Below are positions 49,401 to 57,698 of a stretch of DNA of 64,000 nucleotides, in pieces. Source of the stretch: a virus (taxonomy: Duplodnaviria; Caudoviricetes); the IMG/VR virus record IMGVR_UViG_3300043410_001300, positions 2 to 64,001 of that record; one strand, 5' to 3'. The position numbers were made by a program, and so were the translations under genes. Numbering within the stretch: position 1 is the stretch's first letter; every line of letters begins with the position of its first letter. A model generated the notes under the pieces. The model did not search any database, was not told the origin of the DNA, and saw only the letters and a program-made list of their open reading frames with translations.

Positions 49401-50092
49401 GGGTATTATACGCTAACGGAGATAGTTGGACCTTCGGCCAAGAGATACCGTCCACGCACCCTACCTCCCAATGTCACACCGATCAATACTACGGAAGCTG
49501 GCCGTTCAAATTAGCCTCCCTACTGGGCGCGGCGTGTGTCAATGAGGGCGCTGGCGCTGGCAGTAATGATAGAATATTCAGGAAGACTACTGAGTATATC
49601 AATGAATGGGTGGCAACCTGCCGCAACCCCCAGGACCTCACCATTGTAGTAGGCTGGACCACACCTGAACGAGCAGAACTAGAGGCCAATGGCGTATATA
49701 CTAGAATAAACATTAATAATATCATTACTAAGTATGGCGAGGATGCCGACTACGAGCGCCAGCAATTAGAAGAGTATAGAGACAGTTACTACCGGGTCTT
49801 AGACCTCGAGATGGCAGCGGTCAGACAGATTAGATATATGATGACACTTCGTACACTAACCGCCGCCCTAGGTATTCGTTACTGGGACTTTCAAGCAATC
49901 GGTGCCCACCCACACCAGCTCCAAGCACTAGCTAACCGACACTATGGTCATACAATGGACAATTACTATGGGACTACATGGCACAATTACTGTCAACTCC
50001 ACGGCCAACCACTACACACTCATGGCCATCCCACCACCGAAGCCCACCATCATTGGGCGTCCTTACTCCACGACTGGATCAGCCATGAATAA
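49397..50092 (+). CDS. SGNH/GDSL hydrolase-fold protein (copy 3)
   Basis: GDSWTFG, GSNDRI, HPTTEAH. Confidence 0.7.
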   Translation: MRVLYANGDSWTFGQEIPSTHPTSQCHTDQYYGSWPFKLASLLGAACVNEGAGAGSNDRIFRKTTEYINEWVATCRNPQDLTIVVGWTTPERAELEANGVYTRININNIITKYGEDADYERQQLEEYRDSYYRVLDLEMAAVRQIRYMMTLRTLTAALGIRYWDFQAIGAHPHQLQALANRHYGHTMDNYYGTTWHNYCQLHGQPLHTHGHPTTEAHHHWASLLHDWISHE

Positions 50093-50855
50093 AACCGTCA
50101 ATATCATCATGGCTCTGGGTGGTGAGGGATCCAGATTTGCCTCCCAGGGCTACGAACTACCTAAGTATCTACTAGCATATGGCGGCTCTACTATGTTATA
50201 TCATTCCTTAGCATCCCTACGCATATCAGGTAATGTATACTTTATCGCTAGACAGGAGCACTTAGACCGTTACCCACAACTCCAACCACTGTTAGATGCC
50301 CTAGGTACCACCATCGTTGCACCACATCTGACCAGAGGAGCAGCAGAAACCCTACTCCTAGCCGAACCACATATACAGGACCTATCCTTACCCATGATTA
50401 GTATCAATTGTGACCAGATGATCAAGTGGAATCCGCAACCATTCTTAGATAAACTGGCCACTAATCCACACACCTCGTACATTGTTACCTATAGGGACAC
50501 TTCACCTAAGTGTTCGTATGTCCTATGTGAAACTCCTGCATGCAATAGTTTAGATAGTACCAAGGTCATTGAGGTGCGTGAGAAACAAGTAATCTCCACG
50601 CATGCCACCGTTGGAATCTATCATTGGAGTAGTACTCAACTGTTCTTTAGGTGTGCCCAGGAGTATATTAGCACCACACCGCTCCAACAATGCGATGGTG
50701 GAGAGTATTATGTAGCACCGGTTTACAATGTGGCCATTGGCCAGGGGCAATCTGTAGAGCGATATAGCATAGAAGACAACGGTGGACAATTCTGGCCAGT
50801 AGGCACACCCCAAGATTTGAACAGTTATATACTAGAGACAGGAGATTTTATATGA
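50085..50855 (+). CDS. Sugar-phosphate nucleotidyltransferase-like protein
   Basis: ALGGEGSRF...PK, TRGAAET, INCD, EK..IS..ATVGIY, GEYYVAPVYN, GTPQDL; start set at MNKTV. Confidence 0.8.
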   Translation: MNKTVNIIMALGGEGSRFASQGYELPKYLLAYGGSTMLYHSLASLRISGNVYFIARQEHLDRYPQLQPLLDALGTTIVAPHLTRGAAETLLLAEPHIQDLSLPMISINCDQMIKWNPQPFLDKLATNPHTSYIVTYRDTSPKCSYVLCETPACNSLDSTKVIEVREKQVISTHATVGIYHWSSTQLFFRCAQEYISTTPLQQCDGGEYYVAPVYNVAIGQGQSVERYSIEDNGGQFWPVGTPQDLNSYILETGDFI

Positions 50856-51184
50856 AACACCACCGCTTAGAAGATTTCTACCGTGGTTGGATAGTGGGTA
50901 AGTTCGAGCCATCATTGCTCCAAGCTGATTTCGAAGTAGGCATTGCCCATCACCACGCCGGCGAACCACACGGAGACCACTTTCATAAACTGTCCACCGA
51001 GATTAACGTGGTGATTAGTGGTACCGTCAAGATTAACGATAGGGTGTTTAACAGTGGCGACATATTCGTCCTAGAGCCCTGGGAAGTGTCACAAGCCGAG
51101 TTTATCACTGATTGCGTGATTGTGATAGTGCGTGATCGGAGTATTCCAGGTGATAAATTCGAATTCAGCATTCGTGGCGAATAA
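50852..51184 (+). CDS. Cupin-fold protein (possible sugar epimerase/isomerase)
   Basis: RGWIVGKFEP, HFHK..TEIN...SG...GDIF. Confidence 0.7.
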   Translation: MKHHRLEDFYRGWIVGKFEPSLLQADFEVGIAHHHAGEPHGDHFHKLSTEINVVISGTVKINDRVFNSGDIFVLEPWEVSQAEFITDCVIVIVRDRSIPGDKFEFSIRGE

Positions 51185-51294
51185 TTGGGCCTTTGTAGGC
51201 CTATCGTGGTATATCAGTGCCTGGTGAGCCTCTGGAGACATTATTTTTCTCCCTACTCCCTTCAAGTGCGTTAGAAATACTTTTTGCTCCCACC

Positions 51295-51329
51295 ACCGTT
51301 AATTCGCTAATATTCGGCTATTTAACGGT
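51295..51329. repeat. Inverted repeat in the 234-bp intergenic gap
   Basis: ACCGTTAA (51295-51302) and TTAACGGT (51322-51329), flanked by a C-rich left arm and G-rich right arm. Confidence 0.6.
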
Positions 51330-51418
51330 ATTTTATCCTGAATAAATATGGAGTGGTTCGTCTGCGGTTGAGGTGGTGAATAATATCTTCTAGGTGGCAC
51401 CACATAGTAAATAACCAC

Positions 51419-52543
51419 ATGAATATTTACCTACCTACCGTACCAGCCGGTCATATTGCTGTTAAATTTGGGATTACTTCCTCTACTACCTTAGATGAGG
51501 CTGCTCGTGGCATTGCTATTGGGCAGTCTATTGGTAATCCTGGTGCTCGTGTGGAGCGTTGGGAGACTAGTCATCTAATTGATACCCATTGTGCTAAGAT
51601 TATTGGCAGTCGAGAGGACTTATTATCTAGACACGAGGGTGATGTTGTTATTGCTTTCCCCCTTATTAATATTAACTGGAGGGAGGATGGCCTATCTCAG
51701 TTATTATGTACTATAATGGGTGGTCAGTGTGATATTGATATTATAGAACGGTGCTGGGTAGTAGATATTGATCTCGATTTAGTACCTAGATTAACTCCAC
51801 GCTATGGTTTGAGTGGCTTGCGTGAGTTAACTGGTCGTTATGATCGTCCATTATTGGGTTGTATTATTAAGCCTAAGATTGGTTTATCGGCCGGTGATTA
51901 TGGTACCATTGTGGAGGAAATGGTTAGAGGTGGTGCTGATATTATTAAAGAGGATGAAATACTAGCTAATCCGGTATTTTGTAGTATGGAGGAGCGCTTA
52001 TCTATTGTTAGAGAGATTATTGGTACTAGAAAGATTGTTTACTTGGCTACTATTAATGCGGATGCAGATAGATTATTAGACAAGGCTAGAATGGTAGCTA
52101 GGAGTGGAATTCGTGGAGTACATTTAAATGTATGGAGCGGATTAGGTAGTTATGGGGCTGTTCGTAGATTAGGTCTAGATATTGCGCTGCATTATCAAAA
52201 GTCTGGTGATCGGGCGTGGAGTGATAGGAATAATAAGTATAGAATTACCTGGTGGGTACTATGTAAATTAGCTGCCTGGAGCGGCGTAGATACTATTCAT
52301 GCTGGTATGTGGGGTGGTTACTTATCAGATGACCCTGTGGAATTGGCGGAGATTATGCGGATGTTGACCGGTTATAATGTAGTGCCGGCATTGTCGTGTG
52401 GTATGAATGCCGAATTAATTCCCAAGGTGACAGATAGATTTGGTGTAGATTATATGGCCAATGTAGGAGCTGCTTGTCATTCGCATCCTCTTGGCGTGGA
52501 GGCAGGAGTTAGAGAATTACGCAGGGCTATCGATGGTAGTTAA
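51419..52543 (+). CDS. RuBisCO-like protein (form IV RLP)
   Basis: PRYGLSGLR...RPLLGCIIKPKIGLS, GGADIIKEDE, DTIHAG, PALSCGM, HSHPLGVEAG. Confidence 0.88.
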   Translation: MNIYLPTVPAGHIAVKFGITSSTTLDEAARGIAIGQSIGNPGARVERWETSHLIDTHCAKIIGSREDLLSRHEGDVVIAFPLININWREDGLSQLLCTIMGGQCDIDIIERCWVVDIDLDLVPRLTPRYGLSGLRELTGRYDRPLLGCIIKPKIGLSAGDYGTIVEEMVRGGADIIKEDEILANPVFCSMEERLSIVREIIGTRKIVYLATINADADRLLDKARMVARSGIRGVHLNVWSGLGSYGAVRRLGLDIALHYQKSGDRAWSDRNNKYRITWWVLCKLAAWSGVDTIHAGMWGGYLSDDPVELAEIMRMLTGYNVVPALSCGMNAELIPKVTDRFGVDYMANVGAACHSHPLGVEAGVRELRRAIDGS

Positions 52544-53261
52544 ATTATGCGGACATAGTGGCGCTGAAGTAGAATTAATAGATGGTAGGGTCCATAAAAG
52601 CGGTCGCGGAGTTATTCGTAATTACGCCAGAATGACTTCCCTAGGTAATTTAATACCACAACCCCGCATTATTGATTATAGCGACAGCCTTGTCCTAGAA
52701 TATATCGCGGGCGATAATATTGCTGATTGGCTAGGTAATAATCAACCACATCAATTAATTAAATTTATTCAGAGTAATATTGATATTCTGGGTGAAGTAA
52801 TTATCGATCCATATAAGGATTATTTGCCGGTGTATGAGGCTAGATTGAATTCTGCCTTATATTTACCTACCACTATTGGAAATATTATTGATGATCTACC
52901 TAGATATCTACCACAAACCCAATATCATGGTGATTTTACATTTGATAATATTATTGCTGGTAGTAGTGGATTTGTCTTAATCGACGCAGTAGACACTGAC
53001 CTAGATAATATCTGGTTTGATTTAGCTAAATTGCGACAGGATGTAGATTGTGGATGGTTTGTGCGTAATCGTGGTGGAGTCACTGATGATCTTGCCATTA
53101 AATTAAGATTGATTAGCGGTGAATTATCTAGGAAATATCGACATTATTCTAATAGGAGCATGGCAATATTAGCGCTAGGCAGAGTATGGAACTATTCTAC
53201 ACCCGAGGAGCAAGAGTGGATAAGTACTAAGATGGATATGTTATGGAGGACACCATGTTGA
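52533..53261 (+). CDS. APH/choline-kinase-like phosphotransferase
   Basis: GHSGAEV, HGDFTFDNI, LIDA, DLAKLRQD; start set at MVVKL. Confidence 0.75.
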   Translation: MVVKLCGHSGAEVELIDGRVHKSGRGVIRNYARMTSLGNLIPQPRIIDYSDSLVLEYIAGDNIADWLGNNQPHQLIKFIQSNIDILGEVIIDPYKDYLPVYEARLNSALYLPTTIGNIIDDLPRYLPQTQYHGDFTFDNIIAGSSGFVLIDAVDTDLDNIWFDLAKLRQDVDCGWFVRNRGGVTDDLAIKLRLISGELSRKYRHYSNRSMAILALGRVWNYSTPEEQEWISTKMDMLWRTPC

Positions 53262-53359
53262 AAAAGATTTATTATGCCTTATTTGGCAAGATTATTCGTG
53301 AGATTAAATATCGCCGTCGGTTAAAAGAATTGCGTAAGCGAGACCCATTTATCTATTAA
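53255..53359 (+). CDS. Small basic peptide (34 aa) ending RKRDPFIY
   Basis: Not in the ORF track. MLKKIYYALFGKIIREIKYRRRLKELRKRDPFIY; GGAGGA RBS; fills the gap before the carbamoyltransferase. Confidence 0.7.
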   Translation: MLKKIYYALFGKIIREIKYRRRLKELRKRDPFIY

Positions 53360-53362
53360 AAT

Positions 53363-54826
53363 ATGAATTATGTAGGAATTAGCTGTGGCTATCATGACGC
53401 GGCACTAACTGTTATAGGCAGTACTGGTAATATATTATTCGCTGGACACGCAGAGCGATACGGTGATAATAAACATACGCCTAATTTAAATATGGGTATT
53501 ATTGATGATGCCCGTAAGTATATTACTGATGAGATAGAAGTACATTATTACGAGCGTCCGCTGGTTAAATATATGCGTAGATTATGGGCAGGTGAGCGTC
53601 CAGTATTATCTAGTATGAGTGCTAAAAATATTATAGGTGATATATTAATAGCAGAATTAGGCGTTGACCGAGGGTGTAAAATACATACTCATAATCATCA
53701 TCTCGCTCATGCGGCGGCGGGGTTTCAGACCTCGCCATATGATAACGCCACTGTTGTTGTTATTGATGCTATCGGTGAGTTTGAGACTATTACTATATGG
53801 AAGGCCAAATATGTCGAAGGTAAAGCAAAATATAAAAAACTTTATACACAAAATTACCCAAATTCCATCGGACTCTTTTATACTGGAATTACTCAGCGCG
53901 TTGGCCTACGTCCATTAGATGAAGAGTATATTTTAATGGGCATGGCAGCGTATGGCAAACCAATATATGTAGAGGAGATGAGAGCTAAATTGGATGAGAA
54001 TTTACATATTGGTGTAGGTGATGATTTCTTACCAGATGCCGATCATTATGATTTAGCCGCTAGTGCTCAGGTATTAGTGGAAGAGTTAATCATGGATATT
54101 ATTCGTAAGGCCAAGCAATTAGGCACTAGTAGTAATCTGGTATATGGCGGCGGCGTAGCTCTTAATTGTTTAGCAAATAGACGGTTAGGTGAATATTACA
54201 AAAATGTATGGATACTACCTAACCCTGGTGATGCGGGTAGTAGTTTAGGTGCGGCCGCATTAGGCTATGGCGGTCCGATTAAATTCGATAATGCTTATCT
54301 TGGTCATAATATCCCAGGCGAATATCCAGTCAGTCGATTAATCGATGAGTTAATTACTAATAAGATTGTTGGTGTGGCTAGCGGCAGAGCAGAGTTTGGA
54401 CCACGAGCACTGGGTAATAGATCATTATTAGCTGACCCTAGAGGTCCTGAGATTAAAGAACTAGTGAATAATATTAAACGACGACAGCAATTCAGGCCAT
54501 TTGCGCCAGTTATTCTAGAAGAATTAGCTGATAGTTATTTTGATATGTCGGGCGATGGCGTTGATAGTAGATATATGCAGCGAGTGGTTCGTTGTATACA
54601 TCCCGAATTATTCCCTGCCATTATTCATAGAGACGGCACCAGCAGAGTACAAACAGTACCTAATGATGGTAGTGGAATAAGGCGATTACTTGAAGCATGG
54701 TACAAGGAGACAGGCTGTCCTATGTTATTAAATACATCGCTGAATATCAGGGGTGAGCCCATGGTTAATAATCGTCAGGACGCTGATAGATTTGAGGAGC
54801 TATATGACATAAAGGTGTGTAGTTAA
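53363..54826 (+). CDS. O-carbamoyltransferase (NodU/CmcH/TobZ family)
   Basis: HDAA, ERY, HHLAHAA, DAIGE, MGMAAYG, GGVALNC, GDAGSSLG, EFGPRALGNRS, FRPFAP, LNTSLN. Confidence 0.92.
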   Translation: MNYVGISCGYHDAALTVIGSTGNILFAGHAERYGDNKHTPNLNMGIIDDARKYITDEIEVHYYERPLVKYMRRLWAGERPVLSSMSAKNIIGDILIAELGVDRGCKIHTHNHHLAHAAAGFQTSPYDNATVVVIDAIGEFETITIWKAKYVEGKAKYKKLYTQNYPNSIGLFYTGITQRVGLRPLDEEYILMGMAAYGKPIYVEEMRAKLDENLHIGVGDDFLPDADHYDLAASAQVLVEELIMDIIRKAKQLGTSSNLVYGGGVALNCLANRRLGEYYKNVWILPNPGDAGSSLGAAALGYGGPIKFDNAYLGHNIPGEYPVSRLIDELITNKIVGVASGRAEFGPRALGNRSLLADPRGPEIKELVNNIKRRQQFRPFAPVILEELADSYFDMSGDGVDSRYMQRVVRCIHPELFPAIIHRDGTSRVQTVPNDGSGIRRLLEAWYKETGCPMLLNTSLNIRGEPMVNNRQDADRFEELYDIKVCS

Positions 54827-55380
54827 ACACCACACACTACGAGGTGAATACGCTCCTGTTCGCCTCCATTGTATACCCAGTGATACTTCGTAGTATCGAC
54901 TTCGTACCAGTTACCATCCATCGGGATATGATAGTTTAGGCCATATACGGGCACATCACTGGATCCCGCATACTCCTGACTAACTTCACCAAATAATGCT
55001 TTGTTATTTGTTTTTAACACTAGATGATATCTAACTTCATGATCTCTGTGGATACTAAGACCGTGATGCGGCATCAATCTCATAATTCTTATTCTGCCAA
55101 ACTCAACGCCGAGATGTTCCTTGAGTTGTTCTAATTGTCCTCTGATATAAGATTGTATATCAATATTCCATATCGTGAAGTCTGTTTCCTTGCCACCATA
55201 AGCTGGGCTATTAGCATTCGACAGTCCACCAACAGCATCATACCATCTATTAGTAGCACCATTACGGCAGTTTAACCCTATTTGATTTTTATCTCCCCAA
55301 GGGGCAATATGAAGTAACTCATCGAGCTCCTCATTACAGCGAGCCACATCACTACTCATAGTTAACCGTTTAATGAACAT
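54823..55380 (-). CDS. Fe(II)/2-oxoglutarate dioxygenase (Asp/Asn beta-hydroxylase-like)
   Basis: HRD...YHLV...H.VYNGGEQERIHLV; start placed at the ATG coupled to the upstream TAA. Confidence 0.75.
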   Translation of the reverse strand: MFIKRLTMSSDVARCNEELDELLHIAPWGDKNQIGLNCRNGATNRWYDAVGGLSNANSPAYGGKETDFTIWNIDIQSYIRGQLEQLKEHLGVEFGRIRIMRLMPHHGLSIHRDHEVRYHLVLKTNNKALFGEVSQEYAGSSDVPVYGLNYHIPMDGNWYEVDTTKYHWVYNGGEQERIHLVVCGV

Positions 55381-56021
55381 TACTTTCTCCAAATTGCCAT
55401 ATAACGAGTGTATACATTAGTCTCCAATTCGCCACTATAATATTCACCTTCAACTCTATTCTGACGTTTAAAGTCTGCTAAGTCAACACTACATCGAATG
55501 TGCTCATCGCAACTGAAATAATTATTGCCCTGCGCTACGATTAGAGTGCCTCTTGGAATACCATCATACCAACTGTCATATACTTCCTGAGTCACATGCT
55601 CAGTCGATGTATTGATTACTACATCGGGACGAATATCGCTTTGATACTCGTATGATCCCATATCAGCAGTCACTGCCTTGAAGCGCCAGTCATCCATTTC
55701 GAAGTTCTTATTCACTTGATCTGCGATTGCTTCGCACCATGGGTCTAGGTCGATTGAACGGCACTTGTTTACGTTGATATTGCTTTGAATTATCATACTT
55801 CCCAGGATACCAATCCAACCACCAAAAATGTAGATATTAGTAGGAGCGCCCGCCATTATGCATTTGCTCAATTCATTGACTAACCACCCTTTACTTGCTA
55901 ATTGTCCATACCATAACGCATCTAATGCCCGTGTCCGTTGCTCGTGATTGTCTATATTACGAATAGCGTTCATCCATTGCGCTAATTCGAGGTTGCTAAT
56001 TTTAAACTCTGCTTTATTCAT
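55380..56021 (-). CDS. Class I SAM-dependent methyltransferase
   Basis: IFGGWIG motif I, SIDLDP, ADM, VINTSTEH; start set at MNKAEF, 5 nt after TAAATA. Confidence 0.75.
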   Translation of the reverse strand: MNKAEFKISNLELAQWMNAIRNIDNHEQRTRALDALWYGQLASKGWLVNELSKCIMAGAPTNIYIFGGWIGILGSMIIQSNINVNKCRSIDLDPWCEAIADQVNKNFEMDDWRFKAVTADMGSYEYQSDIRPDVVINTSTEHVTQEVYDSWYDGIPRGTLIVAQGNNYFSCDEHIRCSVDLADFKRQNRVEGEYYSGELETNVYTRYMAIWRK

Positions 56022-56026
56022 GGGCG

Positions 56027-56045
56027 TATTTATGAGGTGTAAATA
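56027..56045. promoter_or_regulatory. Back-to-back divergent late promoters
   Basis: TATTTA at 56027-56032 (TAAATA on minus) and TAAATA at 56040-56045, each 5 nt from an ATG (56021 and 56051). Confidence 0.7.
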
Positions 56046-56050
56046 TGGGT

Positions 56051-57142
56051 ATGATAGAAGATGATGAAGAAGAAGATTACTGGGAAGTGCCAGATAACAT
56101 AGATACAACTGACTTTGATTTTACATGGCGACCTGATGTATACGAAGAAGAATACATTCATCAGTTCGGCACACAGTGGCAAAAAACTGGTGGTCCACGA
56201 TTAGTAGTAGCTGGCGCTACGAAGATTAAGTATCAGGACTTTCAACGAGCACGAGCGCTACCCGATATGTCTAAGTGGAAGTTGCCTAGAATGACTGGTA
56301 TTGATCGTATTGATTTTGATTACAGTTGGCATCCAGATGATACAGATGAGATGTTCAATTATGTGTTTGGCGACCAACAGGGAACTGCCGAAGAGAGTAA
56401 GATCATTCAGTACACTAGGCAACATGGAGCAGAGATTAAGTTTGTTGATAAGCCAGTAGCAAATGTGGTATACACGCCACTAGATATTATCTTTCTAAGC
56501 AACGGTGAGACTGACGAACAACTACGATATGATAGATTGTGTAAGGTAGCCAGCAGGCCAGTAAAGTGGATAAAAGGCATCAATGGTAGAGAAAATGCTC
56601 TAAGAGAGGCAGCAAGGCAATCATCAACTAAGTGGTTCTTTCTATTTCCTGGTAAATTATGGGCTGATGAGAACTTCGACTTTGACTTTCAACCAATACG
56701 ATATCACGATATCAAACACTATATCTTCTATGCTAAGAACCCACTCAATGGTTTAGAGTACGGACATCAAGCAGCGGTGTGCTATAATCAGCGATTAGTG
56801 CTAGAGACACTGGATTATGGACTAGACTTTACTATGAGTAAAGCACATGACATTATACCAGTACTCAGTGGTATTGCCCAATACAATAGCGACATTACTA
56901 TGACTTGGCGAACTGCATTTAGAGAAGTGATCAAACTCAAAGCAGAAGATAGCGACGAGAGTAGAAAGCGACTACAAATATGGCTGACTGAGGCACGAGG
57001 TCAGCATTGTGAATGGAGTATTATCGGCGCACAGGATGGTATTGCTTACTACAATTCTGTCAACGGTGAACATAGTGAATTAATGAAGTCTTTCTCATGG
57101 CAGTGGTTAGACGAATACTTTACAAGCCGATACTCTGTCTAA
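56051..57142 (+). CDS. Glycosyltransferase-like protein (WRxxFRE family, copy 2) with N-terminal repeated FDxxWxPD domains
   Basis: FDFTWRPD and FDYSWHPD repeats, then DIIFLSNGE...GING...TWRTAFREVIKL. Confidence 0.55.
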   Translation: MIEDDEEEDYWEVPDNIDTTDFDFTWRPDVYEEEYIHQFGTQWQKTGGPRLVVAGATKIKYQDFQRARALPDMSKWKLPRMTGIDRIDFDYSWHPDDTDEMFNYVFGDQQGTAEESKIIQYTRQHGAEIKFVDKPVANVVYTPLDIIFLSNGETDEQLRYDRLCKVASRPVKWIKGINGRENALREAARQSSTKWFFLFPGKLWADENFDFDFQPIRYHDIKHYIFYAKNPLNGLEYGHQAAVCYNQRLVLETLDYGLDFTMSKAHDIIPVLSGIAQYNSDITMTWRTAFREVIKLKAEDSDESRKRLQIWLTEARGQHCEWSIIGAQDGIAYYNSVNGEHSELMKSFSWQWLDEYFTSRYSV

Positions 57143-57698
57143 TTGGGCGGAATGCTTGTAATGCTCTATTGTACTCATTGATGTTTAAATTCCAGATAGT
57201 TTGTGGAGTGTAGTAATACTCTTCCTCTCGCACAAACTCAACAATACCTTGCTTCGATAATAACTCCAGGGCTCGGTGAGTTCGAGACATCTTACCACTA
57301 GCATCATGACTACCGTGTGACGTGGTGATGTATAACTCATCATAACCATTCGCAACACCCCATCCAATTTGCATAGGCAACAGAATACTAAACGGCACAC
57401 TGTTCATATGTGTCTTACTCATACCAGGAATCAATCTCTGATATCTAGGTAATGTGGCACTACGAAACAAACATCGTAGTATTCTGTGTTCGTCGTCATA
57501 GCTATGACATCCACTGATACTAGCAATCTCATCATTGACTATTAGCGCCCAGTACTGAGGGTCACTAGGTAGGTCATGACCATCAATTAGCTTCAATGCT
57601 TCCATAGTGCCATTATTAGTGTATCCCACACCAGCACACTCTCTATTGAAAGCATCGAGTAGTTTATTGTGATTTTGGGATATTTTTACAATATTCAT
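57120..57698 (-). CDS. Hypothetical protein, possibly GNAT-like acyltransferase
   Basis: 192 aa; EIASISGC...RCLFRSATLP...GYDELYIT loosely resembles a GNAT fold; near an adenylation enzyme. Confidence 0.35.
   Translation of the reverse strand: MNIVKISQNHNKLLDAFNRECAGVGYTNNGTMEALKLIDGHDLPSDPQYWALIVNDEIASISGCHSYDDEHRILRCLFRSATLPRYQRLIPGMSKTHMNSVPFSILLPMQIGWGVANGYDELYITTSHGSHDASGKMSRTHRALELLSKQGIVEFVREEEYYYTPQTIWNLNINEYNRALQAFRPIRQSIGL

Noticed and set aside
51185-51418. tRNA or known structured ncRNA in the largest gap
   Set aside because: No cloverleaf or T-loop consensus recognisable; only short hairpins
51419-52543. Carbon-fixing RuBisCO auxiliary metabolic gene
   Set aside because: Equivalents of K334 and H294/R295 appear substituted, and no small subunit or phosphoribulokinase is nearby
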